From the NCBI RefSeq assembly GCF_009914755.1, contig NC_060927.1: a DNA stretch of 64,000 nt. The stretch is one strand, 5' to 3'. This stretch comes from the human T2T-CHM13v2.0 reference genome, Homo sapiens. This document shows, piece by piece, positions 49,783 through 64,000 of this stretch (position 1 is its first letter; each line of letters begins with the position of its first letter). Under the pieces are notes generated by a model. That model saw only the letters and a program-made list of their open reading frames with translations, had not been told where the DNA came from and did no database searches. A program made the translations under genes and the position numbers.

Positions 49783-52404
49783 TATAAGCAAACAGACAGA
49801 AGTTTGTGCCATATTAGACATGGACATAGAGGGAGTGGGAATAGCTACAATGACAGAAATACTTGGATTTCTGGCTTAAGAAAACTAGACAGAAGTCAGT
49901 GGTACTGTTCACTGGGATTGCTTAACTAGGCCAAATGCTGCAGAGAAATAAAATTAAAATAGAAGGGAACAGGTGTAGAAGGTCTTGGTATTTATATTAA
50001 GAACTTGGTCTACATGGGGGAAGAGTAGAGGGGATTCCAGATGTTTGTAGCTTGAAGAGGGACTAGACAGTAAGTTGATAGGTAAGTGGAGGCAGATACA
50101 TCTCGAAGATGTGGAGAAAGAGAGGGGCAAACTGAAGGAAAATGGAAAGTTAAGGCTGAAAGAAAACTTTGGTTTGAATAGGAGAGAGCCAAGTAAGTTT
50201 CATGGATCCAACCTGAACAGTTGGTTATCTTCATTCTCTTCTCTTACACATCAAATACTAAAACAAGCAAAAAACATCTTCTGTTATTTTCCTTTCTTTT
50301 AGGCTCACTCTGTGGCATTGCAGACAATACAAGGAAAGATGGTTTAACCTTAGGAGAATTGAATCCCAGGGGCAGCACTGTGACTCAGAAACCAAAAGGG
50401 ACCATTTCTTATTTGAAATCAGCCATGCAACTTCACCGGTTTTACAATGACTCTAGCCACCTCTTCCTTAGCAGACACTTCCGGGGCTACTGCTTGTTAT
50501 CTGGGTCCTTTCCCTTTTGACCACAGATCCTCCTGGAATCTCCAGTGTGAGCCTTCCTTTCCTCCTCCTGTGTCTTCTTTACTTTGACATAAACCAGTTC
50601 AGTTTTTGTTTCACTTTCTCTTGTTAAAGACACATGCATTTCTAAAAATAAAGGGTCAAATACTTTACCTATAGAAATGTATATCAGCTTTGGAAGCTGA
50701 TGGCATTTGTGGCACTGATGGCTCTGTGTTCATTAAAAAAAAAAGTATTTCCTTTTCTTCCTGGTGGTTAGCTACCTATCCAGCCTTTTATGCAATTAAG
50801 GGAGATCATATTATGCAATGTGCCCTGTGGACTGAAATGCTATGTGTCACCTTGCATGGTCATGTGTTTTCACATATCCTTTTTTTTCTGCTTTCAGGTG
50901 GCTGGAATGGCTTTAACCCCAAGGCCGTATTTGGAAGGCACTTGTTTAAAATTAAGGAGCCAGAAGCTAGAAAGAGCTCCTGTCTCTGATTCACCACCTA
51001 GGGGAGCACTATCTAACTATCAGAAATTTTTATCAGCAGGAAATAAACTTCTATTGTGTTAAGCCTCCAAGATTCCAGGGTTTATCCATTAAAAAACAAC
51101 CAAAATACTAACAAATAGATTATTCATTCATGATGGTAACATTTGCCATACATTGACTTAATACCAAACACTGCATAAGTAGTATATCATTTAATTGTCT
51201 TATCAGCTGCATGAAGTAGATATCATTCTCCTTATTTTATAGATAAGGAAGGAGTCTATGTTTCACAGTGTTAAATAAACTGGTCCTGACAGCCCCTGAT
51301 AACTTCTTAAAGGCTATGTAGAGTCTCAGAGTTTTTACTTAAAAGATTATTATAGAACAAAGCACAGGGATGTTTGCTTCAGCCTCATAGAGAAAGTAAG
51401 TTCCTCATTCATTTTAAATCTGTATGTATAAAACACTTGGAGACAGTGTAATCAATATATAATTATGTATAGTATTGCAATTCATAATACTTGAAAAATT
51501 ATATGTTCTAACATGTATATGCAAGGTCAAATTCTAGAGTATCTTTTAAAACAATAAAAAAGGAAAAGATTCCTTTTTCTAAAAATAAGTCCAAGATATA
51601 GGAGTATGTCATCTAATAAAAACTTTCCAGATATAGCTTTTACTTGACATAACCTATTTAAAATGTACAACTCAAAACCAACCTGGTTTGACCTAAGCGT
51701 ATATGCTCAAGTATTGCACGCACGATCTTGAATATTCACATTACGGTTCATTGAAAAGGCAATGGGCTTTGCAACAAGGTTGACAACAAAAGGAAAAATG
51801 ATGAAGAAAATTGCCTCACTTATCTGCTACAGTACTCTTGATTGCCAAGTGTAATTTCATGGTTCATTATAAGAGACGGAAAAGTTTGACCATTAACTTG
51901 AGTACTTGTATATCCTATTGATACAAAGAATAAGTTGCTTGAAACACACTTGGTTTTTAATGAAGCCACTGTAATTTTGTGTTTTTAAAGCATCATCAAT
52001 TTTCATCAGTTTTACCCCTGCTGGAGTTTTATGCGGGTAAAATAGTTAAAGGTCGTCAGACACTGTGGGACGTAAAACAACTGTAGAAAAATGAAGATGT
52101 TAAAGTGACACAGGGGTGACATGAGTTATTTTCTGAGTTACCACTTGACATAGTGTGAGATTTGACTGGGTAATTGAGGTAAATAGCGTTGCTGTTACAG
52201 ATGTCATATGATAGATCAGATAGGGGTCAGATAACATAACAAGTTTAATCATACTTTAACACAGGGGAACACTGCTCCACATTTCTATGGGGAATGCACC
52301 CATTTAAAGTTATGTTTCTCCATTCTAGTAAATATTCCTAAACTTTAATTCCCTAAAGGACACTCCACTGTTCAAAAACACTTTAATAGCTTCTCATTAT
52401 CTAG

Positions 52405-53244
<840 letters not shown>

Positions 53245-55254
53245 TAATGACAAAGTCTATATGATAAAGGCCTGAAGGGACATACCCGTAGTGCAACAAA
53301 GTGGGGCTTCTTAACTTGCTGTCCACTGGAGGAACTATGGGGGTGCTCGCCAAGCAGAGGAAGAGACACAGTTACAGTAGGGGTCTGTGGAAGAGCAAAA
53401 TTTAAGAGAAACTTAAATGATGTAGTATTTTGGTAGAATCAAGCAAAGGAGGGAGGGCTGTTTATAGAGGAATTAAACTTAGGCCCAGGCTAAGAAGCAG
53501 ACATTTATTGTAGCTTTGAAAACTACAAAGTAAAGATAAATATGGCATGTATTTAAAAACCCTTTATTTGAAATTCTTAATTAAGTTGAAAATTGAGACT
53601 GTGTTTGTGGGCCAAAGTGACTCAGTCCAGTCAAAGGTGGAATGCTCCACTCTTACTAATAGATGATTCTTCACCATTACGTTCTTTCATTAATCATCAA
53701 AAGGAGTGTTTACGAGTTCATCATAGAATAAAATTCGTATTTCTTGGCATAGCGTTAAAGTCCATCCATGATCTGACTCTGTGGTTCCCAGTAATATTGC
53801 GTGCTATGATTCCTCATACACACTGTGATCATGCAGAAATGTTCTCAAAGCTTGCCCTGTTCTTGCTAACACTTTAATTTGCTCATATTACTTCTCTTCT
53901 GCTAGAAGGTTCTTCCCGCTCCTTCTGTTGAAATACTTCAAGGCTCAGTTCTATAATCACAGCTTCTTCTAAAGTCTTCCCAGATTTTATCCTTTATAGT
54001 AAAGCAAGCATCAAACAAATATCCCAGAACATTTGGCTTTGACGTACCAGGGGTAAATGAGGGGCACACTTTCTACTTTGTGAGATGCTTATTTGGTCAT
54101 GTTCCCTCTAGGCTGCCTGTCACTTGTCCAGCTCCTGAAAAGCAGAGGACATGCCCTGTTTGTGCATTTTTCCCCTCCCCGTAAAAGCAGTTCATTTCAC
54201 ATGGGAAGTTCTCAAAAAATTTTGATGAATGAATAATTATTCTTATAAAAAGAGAAAATGTAATTATGTTGGTAGTGAAAAAAAAATCATGTGTAGCTTA
54301 GGCCTAGGCAGATCCTATGACCTCCACTTATTTTCTCTTTGCAAGCACAGCTCCAAGTAATTCAGTAACTATACACAGACTGAAGAAATGATGACATCAG
54401 ACCTGGCTTTGCCTATACTTGAATGCATTTAGTTGTTTTGGTGCTTCACACCTGAATTTCAGTTTGCCTGCATAGAACACACACACACACTCAGACACAT
54501 ACATGGTCTACATCTGTGCATGCTGGAGGGAGAGAGAGGAAGAAAAGCATGGTCTTTGTTTTAGAGGGTTAGTGCTGACTCAAGATGCCTGAAAGTTTCC
54601 TATTATACCACCCTGCCTATGTCTTATGTGATAACAGCTATCAACATTCATACCAATATCAGACTGACTCAAAAGCAGTCTCTGGTTTATTCACTCATTC
54701 ATATCATTTACTATGCATATAATTCATGCTAGACTTTGCTTGTTAATGCATTTATATGATGGGAAATTATTCTAAGCACATATTTTGCAGGCCATATTTA
54801 AGCATAGAAAAGGCAGATTAAAAGGCAGTGTTCTTTGAGGATCTGTTGCAAAATTATCTTACCAGTACCCATAATATCAAAAATCCTCATTTGTCTCTGC
54901 AATTATAAATATATCTTAACATAGGAAATGCTACTAAAATACTAAAAAGAGCAATGAGCTAGGGAACACAAGGTTGGTGTCCCACCTGATTTGTTAGCCA
55001 TGTGATTTGATAAATATTAATTTCTCATTTTTAGGACACCTTGTACCCATTTCCTCTTCTAAGAAAACATAATAAAGCATTGTTCTTTACCTTCTTAATG
55101 ATAAGAGTCACGAAAGAAAGATTGCAAAGCCTGGTCCGTGGGGATTATGATTCAGGGGGTGTAGAGAGAAATCTAGAAATCTGTTGTGTTGTGTTTTGTT
55201 TTTATTAAACGTCCTGGTGATTGTAAAGAAAGTTTGAAAAACTCTGATTTAGAC

Positions 55255-55440
55255 CTGGCTTCACACTTCAAAGTGTGTAAGAACCACCAGGAGGCTTGTT
55301 AAAAAATGCAAATTGTGGGGTCTCACCTCTAATGATTCTGATTCAGCAGATCCGAGATGGGGCCCAGGAATCCGAAATTTTAATGAGCATTTCCAGGGAA
55401 TTCTGATGCACATTCACAGATCACAGTTTGAGAAATACAG
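55255..55440. mobile_element. MER5-like element
   Basis: GATTCTGATTCAGCAGATCCGAGATGGGGCCCAGGAATC...CAGTTTGAGAAATAC. Confidence 0.7.
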
Positions 55441-55804
55441 ATCTCAACTGTGACTTTTGGGAGGTTAGAGATTGTCTAGTTCATGGCCATAATTTCAGCA
55501 ACCAGAGCAGAGTGGTTGCTCACAGCTAATGCAGAATTAAGTCAAATTGCCCTATGATATAATATTTTTCTTTTACTTAGAAAAAAAGAGCCATTATTTA
55601 GAAGTGGTAAAACAATTTATCTACTAATAAAATAACAAAGATAATTTATCTATTTCATCTCTATCTCAGTTTCTTTGGTACTTTAATGTCACTAGTTCAT
55701 TTACTCATTCATCAAGTACTTATGGAACACGTGAGGTACTGGTAATACAGCAGTGAACAAACTGACATAGTTTCTTTTCTCCTGGAACTCATGGTATAAG
55801 TAGG

Positions 55805-56330
55805 TTTTCTGGTTATCTATTGCTGGATAATGGGTCACTCTAAAACATTGGTTTACAACCACAACAATGATCTATACTCAAAGTAGGGTCACTGTGACAA
55901 CTTGTCTCTGTCTCATATGGCATCAGCTTGGGCGACTAACTGTGGCTGCAGATTCAGTTCCAATAGGCTGGCTTACAACTTGGTGTTGACTGTCTCCTGG
56001 AAACTCAGTCAGGGATGTTAGCTGAGCCCTTGGTTTCTTTCCACATGGCCTTCCCAGCAACTGCTTGGGCTTCCGCACACGATGGGAGTCTCAGTGTAGT
56101 TGGACTTCTTACATGCAGACTGGCTTTTCTCAAAGACCATTGTCCACCAGAATACAGTATAGGCTACAATGTTTCTTCTGAGTTACCCTCTGAATCACAG
56201 AATGTTACTTACATTACATTCTAGTAGTCAATCAAGTCATTATGGCTCCCAGATTCATAAAGTGGGGAATTACTCCCCACTCTCAATGGCAAGAGTAGCA
56301 AAGAATTTGTGGCCATCTTTAATTTACCAA
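55805..56330 (-). mobile_element. MLT1-family LTR
   Basis: GTTATCTATTGCTGGATAA...GGACTTCTTACATGCAGACTGGC...CCCAGATTCA...GTGGCCATCTTTAATTTACCA. Confidence 0.7.
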
Positions 56331-56574
56331 GGAGTGAGACAGATATTTAACAGTTAACTAAATACACTTGCAATAAGAACCACTAAGGAAAAGTATCTGG
56401 TACTATGAAAGCATAAAACAGAGGGAGGTAATTAGGAAAAGACCCCCTAAGGAGGTAATATTAAAGATGAGATGGGCTCTAAGTCAGAGTGCTACAATAA
56501 AATGCAAGGAGTTAGTAATTAGAAAGCAGGTAGAATAATTAGGCAAAAGAGACAAGGATAAAAATGATAAGAGC

Positions 56575-56780
56575 TAGTCTTAATTACTTGCTTCCTCTGT
56601 GCCAGGCACTGTTTCAAGCCTTTACATGCATTATCTCATTTAACCTTCACAAAGATCCCAGGTGATAAATAATTGTATTCCTATTTTACATAAACTGAGA
56701 AATAAAGAGTTGCTCAAGATAATGCAGCTAGCAGGTGGCAGAACCAGGGTCTTAGGGTCTTGTTTTACTTGAGAAATGTA
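56575..56780 (-). mobile_element. MIR
   Basis: TGTGCCAGGCACTGTT...ATTATCTCATTTAACCTTCAC...CTAGCAGGTGGCAGAACCAGG. Confidence 0.75.
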
Positions 56781-59161
56781 AGATATGGACGTTCTTGCAC
56801 CAAATGCTGTCATCCCAAGGGCTATGAGTAGGCCTGAAATTCCAACAGGGAACAGACACCTGAAGAGAAGGTTATGCACAAAGTAAGAGTGAACGAATGT
56901 CAGAGGTGAACTTCATCTACTACACCATGGCTCCACTGGAGGGTTGTAATTTTCTCTCACAGCAGGGTATTAGAAGGAGATTGGAAAATAGCAGCTGGAC
57001 TCCTATTTGTCACTAGGAAAGGGGAAGCATTCCCTTTGATTTAACTCCGTTTCCCAATCCAATATTTTTTTAAGCCCAGAAAGACCCTTATTGCCTCTCT
57101 CTCCAGGTGGAGTGGGGGCATAGATATTCTTCTTCAAAATCAGACAGGATTTGCTAAATAAATAATATTCCTTTAAATAAACCTTGAAAGATATACGTCA
57201 GCTGTGTACGTTTCCACAGGTCTGGTGACAGTGCAGTGAATGTATCACCCGAGTGACGTGGGTCTTGTGATCTACAGATGTAATACTTCATCTGGACCCG
57301 TGTGACATACTATCAGGTCTGTGTTGCTTTGATGATGTATTACTCGGGAAAATAAGGTTAGCTGTCAAAAACTCATTCCAGGGAACTGAAAGTTTGGCTG
57401 GGGGGAAAATTCATTTCGGGCCTTAAAAAAACACATTTTTCATTGGAGTGGAGGGAATGATGACACGGCTAGAGTCAAAAAGCTTGAGGGCCTTGTGAAC
57501 TCTCATGGCAATTGCATCTTTCGATACAGATGACTCAGGGAAAAGGCAAGGGACAAATGTATACAGACAGAACTCTTCTTTATTTGGGGTATTTGCAGCA
57601 GCCAATATATACAACTGTAGGATGGTACAAATGGGCGAGTTTCTGTAAATTCCCATTGGAATGTCCTTGAGACAGCATAGGCTGTAAAAGCTATTTCAGA
57701 AGGCTACGTTTTCATAATAAACACCTGGAATTAGAGTTTTGCATGGGGGCTAGAAAGTGTCTTATAATTATTTTGCATATCTCTATTTATGGGTGCATTA
57801 ACAACTGTTATTTTACTGAGAGTGATAATGTATTCTGAAATGATCTTTAATACTGATATTTCAAAATCTGTTTTTAAAAATGTGTGTCATCTGAAATTAA
57901 AAAAAATTCTCTTCAGTATTTTATTTACTTTCAGATGTGCTGACTAATCTTGGAACTCGATTTACATTTATCACTAAATTCAGATTTTACATCCATGTAT
58001 TGTTCATTTCTCCCTGAACTTAATGTTTGCAATAATGCAAAACTTCTATAATAGATTTTCAGAGAAAATAAATACCAAAAAATAAAAGCAACAAACAAAA
58101 ACAGAACATAATCCTTGAGGGAGCCAAATGGAAGAACTATTTCTTTTGGGTAAAACAGCAAGTCCATAGAAGTTCTGAAGTTTTAGAGTTGGGCTCTGAA
58201 TTTAATAACAGTTGGATCTGTATACATTTATTCATCACTGAGGTGAATTTCACTTTGTGATTTGAAGAAAGGCCAAGAGTTATTCTTAAATCTGATAAAA
58301 CACTATGACTTAAGTAGTAAAATAGTGATTGTGAAACCAAAACATTTATATATCTTGTTCTTTGTTTTTTTTAACATAATAAAGGTAAAGATATAACACA
58401 CAATAATATTTCATTTTCCAAATTTAAAGAAAAATCCAAAGTGTTTTCAAATTTTGTTCATAACAGTTTGTCCTAATCACTGTAATTACATCTGTATAAC
58501 TCTTACATATCTTGGTAGGGGGTGCAGTAAGATAAAGTAAGGCAAGGGGTTGGTCTAAATAATTCCCTGATGACAGATACAAAGAACAGTGATATACACT
58601 CAATAATCATTTTTAAATAAATTCATATATTGACATTGCTCTATGTCTTAAAATAACTTTTCAGTAAATAAGCACATAAACAGTAAATGTATTGCCAAAT
58701 GAAAATTGTGATTGCTCCTAAGAACACCTTACCACATCTTTGCCCAAAGAAAATACAGCCTCAGGAGAGAAAGACTTTCAAATATATCAATTGGTATATA
58801 TATATATTTTTGAAAAATGTAAATACATCTTTACTTTATCTAAAATTATTATAGCTCTTCTGTTTTTTAAAGAAAGATCCAAGAGTTTATAATACAATAA
58901 CACAAATATTTATTTTTTAAAAATCAATGTAATGAATATTTTAATTATTTAGTATTTTTTGATGAGTTCGAATTTATAATTTGTTTTTTGAGAAATTTGA
59001 AATAATGGATTAAACCTGATTTATATAATAATAATGATGATGATAAAAATAATATTGGTTACTCTTCTAAAAGAAAAATAAAGCAAAATCTATTTGTGTT
59101 TAAATGCCCAAAACAAATCCACCAAAAATAGCTAAGATAAAGAAAATGAAGGTTATATTTG

Positions 59162-59232
59162 CATATGTATGCCCACATATGTATACATATATTTTACATA
59201 TAAACATATATACGTGTGTATATATATAAAGT

Positions 59233-59265
<33 letters not shown>
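59162..59265. repeat. Compound (TA)n/(TG)n microsatellite
   Basis: Seen directly. Confidence 0.9.
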
Positions 59266-60721
59266 TTCCTTTTTATATTTCTTTAAAACATGAAGGTGTA
59301 GGAAAATGTTTCTAAATTGTGACAAACAAAGAAGGGCTAATGAAGCATTTTGAATGAATTCAAGTCCTCGGTGTGTGAAAAAAGAGGGGTCTGGGTATAG
59401 ACTGTGTTGAGGACAGGAAAGACTTTGGGACTCCCTTTCATCTAGGAAAGGATTTTTGAGTGACATGAGAAAGAAAGACATACATAAGTCAGAGAGTGGG
59501 TGACATTGAACTTGCTAAGTGATATTGGGGTGGAATATTCAACAAAGTCAAATATCGAAAACATTTAAAATTTCAGACCTAAACCTGGGCCCCTCTACCA
59601 CCTAAGGGGGCAGAGTATTTCTCTCTTAAGCTCCTCAGTGAAGACTAATATGACCAAACACGCAGGAATCCAGGTCTGACCTGGAGAGATGACTACTATC
59701 ACCTTACTCCACACCTGGAGGAACGGGCAGAGGGTTAGACACATTGCTAAGTGGGGACAACACAGAAGGTTATAGAGGCTTGAAGGTGAAACAATATAGA
59801 GCATACATCAAGAAAACATCATAATTTGCCCTGTCCTATGTTCACCTTTAGGAATGTGGCTATTACTTTAAGAGAGAATGTTTCAAATGCACGTTCCTCT
59901 CATTACATGGCTCAGGGTTTCCCAGATTGTGCCACTACTCCCAAAAGTATTCAGAATGACTTTAGGTAGTATTTCAGAAACATTTCTTTTTAAAGTATTC
60001 ATTTGTTTTAAAGGTATGTTAGAAAAACTACATGGCTGGAGCACAAAACTCATGATTTCACAAGTATTATTGCTTAAAATAAGGCCAAGTCAGTATTTAA
60101 ATGAATTTAAAAAAATGAGTTGATATTAGGCAAAAGTATTTAGGGAGCACACAGATGCAGTGACAATAGTCAAGAGGTTAAGCCAAAGACTGAGATTTGA
60201 AAACCTTTTATGTCCTGAATATAGTCTAGATTTGTCCCTTCTTAATTCTGTCCCCATTCTTCCTCCCATGACTGATATAATTCGTGAGCCAAGTGTAAAA
60301 TACAGGGTACCTTGTGCAAAAATTTCTAAAAGTTTCAAGACAGTGACAGCAGAGTGAACCAAGTGTGGGATGCTTATTAGCACAGGGCACAATGCAACCG
60401 ATGAAGGAGTCTCCCACTCACTCAGGAGGCTGGCTCTACTCTCTGCATGTAGGGAGACATGTATGTGGGGATGTGGCAAAGTTAGATATTAGTCTTTGCT
60501 CCAGGAAATCTGAGCTGGAGAGTCAGAAAATGTGTGGAGTATTTGTGTGTGTGTGGTGGTGGTGGTGGTGGTAAGGTTGTTGCTATTGTTGTTTTCCTTG
60601 GAAAACCAGAGAGAATATAAGACAACTCTGAAACTCTGGAAGAGACAAACATTGGAACTTTCTCTCATTACTCACACGGAAGAACATGTGAACATGTCGT
60701 TCTGTTAATTACAAAACCTGA

Positions 60722-61040
<319 letters not shown>

Positions 61041-63244
61041 CTTGGAAGATCTCAAGACTGCATGCATATTGCACTCTCCTGTGGAATCTCTTATTTCACA
61101 TGGATGATGCAATTTCCCAAGTTCCTTTTCTAGGTTAACTGAGGACTCCCAGAAGGCCATCTCTGCTAGGAAGAATGGTATTTCAATCTCTAGCGCAAAA
61201 ACTGTGAGATGATGCAGGGGCTGCTTTGCTTTCTAGATGCATTTCATCTCTGGCTTGATAAGGCTGCAGAAATCAGAATGTTTCTCCTTTTCTCCTACCC
61301 TCTCTTTCTTTTTCCCTTAATCATTTTCTCTCTTTTGCTTTTAGGTCTCGTCTTTGAGGGCTCGCTCCAGGTTGCCCAGGTTTATTGGTCTTCCTTTGTG
61401 TTCCCATACTACTTTATTCTCCTTAATGCTTCCTCTTGGACATGAATTTCAGACACCAACTTGAAGTTGTTGCCTTGTTTGGCTGTTTTCCTTCTAGATC
61501 CTGAGGTGTGTGGAGGCAAGACCATAGCTTAATCGTTGCTTGTTCTCTATATTTTGTCTAAGATTCTGGCATGGAACACACACTTCATAAGTATTTGGTG
61601 AATGAATGAATAAATGATTTAATGTATCAATTAACATACACGTGAAGGGTGACAACATTAAGATGTCTGAAAAAGACACAAGCAAAATTTTCTAAAACAT
61701 ATTTTTTACTGTTTATGATTTATAAATTATGTTTTCCATATAGATTTTTAGGCATTTATAAGTATCTTTTTTTGATACTTTTGGTTCAAACTGTATTTTT
61801 CATATAAATGATTGCTTCTAAAAATACTTTCTATAGTTATGTAAAGTCTAATTTCAAAACTGAATTCATATTGAAAGCTTGTATACACCAAACCCATAAT
61901 TTTATTGAAATATTCCAAAAAATGTGCCTTCACCATAGGTCTTAAATAACATTTTAAAAATGTCAATATTTATCTTTTAAAAATAGAAATCATGTTTGTG
62001 ATTTTTTGTTGCTATTGTTTTTAGGAATTAACCTGCTCTTCTACCCTACGTGTAAAACAATTTTAATTTGTGTAACCTTTTTTTTGTAATAATGCGGACG
62101 TATGGTCATTCATGTGATAAATCATATCTGATTTCTGAAATATAAATCACAAAGAACTTCAAAAATGCAGTTTTCTTGACTTTCTTTAATTTAGTTATGG
62201 AGTGTGTTAGGTTTGGTGCTATATAGCCATGTTTGATTTAAAAATATTCATTTATGACACTATTAATTCTGTAAACTCTGGACTTAGATTCAAGTATTAG
62301 TTATAAATCAACAAATTAGTAATCTAATATGCCTATCTGCTTATGGATATAAAAGTCATACATTGTATATGATTACATTGTTAGGTTCATGTGGAAAACT
62401 CAATACATTTTTGACTTACAGAAGTACTTTATCATTAAGAAATTTTGAAATAATAATATGATATGATGGCCTGAGAAATCTGTGAATCATGTGCAAATAA
62501 AGTAGATAAACTAAGCTTTTCAAAAACATGTTTCTGACTGTGTGACATCTTGTGGAGAGGCTTTGGAAGATCTGACAGGGGAATGGCCAATTTGGAGCTT
62601 TCAGTAGAAAGGTAAATGTATAAAAGTAGCTGAGATTTGTCACAAATGTTTCCTGCATTTCTCTTTGGAAAACAATGGACTTGAATTGCTGTAATATAAA
62701 TAAGAATAAAATATATTTCCAGTGGGGATGAATAGGGATGGATACTAAGTGATGTCCGAGTATCCTTTGATCTGCATAATTCATTTTTTCACATTTTTCT
62801 ATATCAATAGTCAAATATTATTGGAGAGAAAAGCAACAGTAAACCTCAGTAAATATATTTTCTTTGCCATTTTCTCTCCACCATTGCTCTTGGGCACATC
62901 ATTTTTAGTTTGCTTTATCTGTTAGTTTTTAATAGAGATATGTAAGAATTGCCTGCTGACTGTGGATTCATTGATATGTCTTTTACATTTTGTCAGTTTT
63001 TGCTTTGTAAATTTTTATCACATTGTGAAGCTCATAATAGCGTATGATTGTTATACATTTGGTGGTTTTTCTCCTTAATTTTAAATTATGTCCTCTTTCT
63101 TTTGCCTAATTTCTTTTCCGTTTGATGTAAAGTTGCTACACCAGCTTTAACTTGGTAGATATTTGTATAGTGTATTTTCCCTCCCTTTTATTTCTAACCA
63201 TTTAGCTGGGATTTGAATTTTTATCAGATAAGACAACATGTCTT

Positions 63245-63388
63245 GGCCAGGTGTGGTGGCTCACACCTGTAATCCCAGCACTTTGGGAGGCCAAAATGGG
63301 AGGATTACTTGAGCCCAGGAGTTAGAAACCAGCCTGGGCAACATAGTGAGTCCCTGTCTCTAATTCAAACAATCTAAAAAAAAAAAAA
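63245..63388 (+). mobile_element. FLAM_C monomer in T-rich sequence resembling old antisense L1
   Basis: GGCCAGGTGTGGTGGCTCAC...GAGTCCCTGTCTC-An; TSD AAGACAACATGTCTT/AAGATACCATGTCTT. Confidence 0.9.
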
Positions 63389-63847
63389 AAGATACCATGT
63401 CTTTTAACGTGTGAGTTTAAATGGTTTTACATGTGACAAGACTACTTACAAATTTGGAATCTTCTAACCTCTCGTTTTGTCTTTTGAACTGATTCTTCTT
63501 TTCCTGTGTTTCTTTCATTCCTATCTTTTACTGATTTCATAGAGTTTCAATACTCTTTTTTTTCTTTTTGACGGTCTGTATGCAATTGATTAGTTTTGGT
63601 GGTTATTATTAAATACATAACATACATAATTAGTCATAAATTGTTCTAATAATATTTAATGTTATTCAGTGTTTTCATCTTCCTCTCAAATATGACAAGA
63701 ATTTAGCATTTTTTTAAAACAAATGTTTCTCATTTTTTGTTATTGCCCCACTCCAAACCCAAGGAAGTTTCTCTGAGGCAAAGTCATTTCTACTGGCTGT
63801 GTGTGCTTTAAACTTTAATCTTATTATTACACATTGTGTACTTTATA

Positions 63848-64000
63848 TTTTTTTAATTTTTATTTAAGTTCTGGGATACATGTGCACAATGTGCAGGTTT
63901 GTTACGTAGGTATACCTGTGCCATGGTGATTTGCTGCACCCCAACCTGTCATTTAGGTTTTAAGCCCTGCATGCATTAGCTATTTGTGCTGATGGGCTCC
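63848..64000 (-). mobile_element. L1PA 3' end, continues beyond the right edge
   Basis: TTTAAGTTCTGGGATACATGTGCACAATGTGCAGGTTTGTTACGTAGGTATAC...GCATGCATTAGCTATTTG. Confidence 0.9.

Noticed and set aside
58300-59160. Very AT-rich stretch as a structured repeat
   Set aside because: No periodicity was found; it appears to be ordinary low-complexity DNA.

Overview
This is primate (human-like) non-coding genomic DNA: AT-rich, CpG-depleted and dominated by fossil transposons. I could not support any host protein-coding exon, tRNA, rRNA or CRISPR array. The left end holds the 5' part of a decayed minus-strand HERV-L provirus (MLT2A1 5' LTR, tRNA-Leu PBS, then gag, protease, RT, RNase H and the start of integrase running off the edge). 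The rest contains many Alus, MaLR elements (including a two-LTR MSTA provirus in a four-layer nest), MER39, LTR33, LTR37, L1 fragments, MIR/L2, MER DNA transposons and a few candidate conserved enhancers (best at ~16.4-17.1 kb). The outstanding feature is at 40.5-41.4 kb. There a single Alu has drifted strongly from A/T toward G/C, a G-rich tract sits where the poly(A) tail should be, and the right arm is amplified into 7 near-identical 89-bp tandem copies. This makes an orphan CpG island (~76% GC, ~90 CpG in the array) that is stop-free in all three minus-strand frames. Repeat family names come from my recall of consensus sequences, not from a RepeatMasker run.
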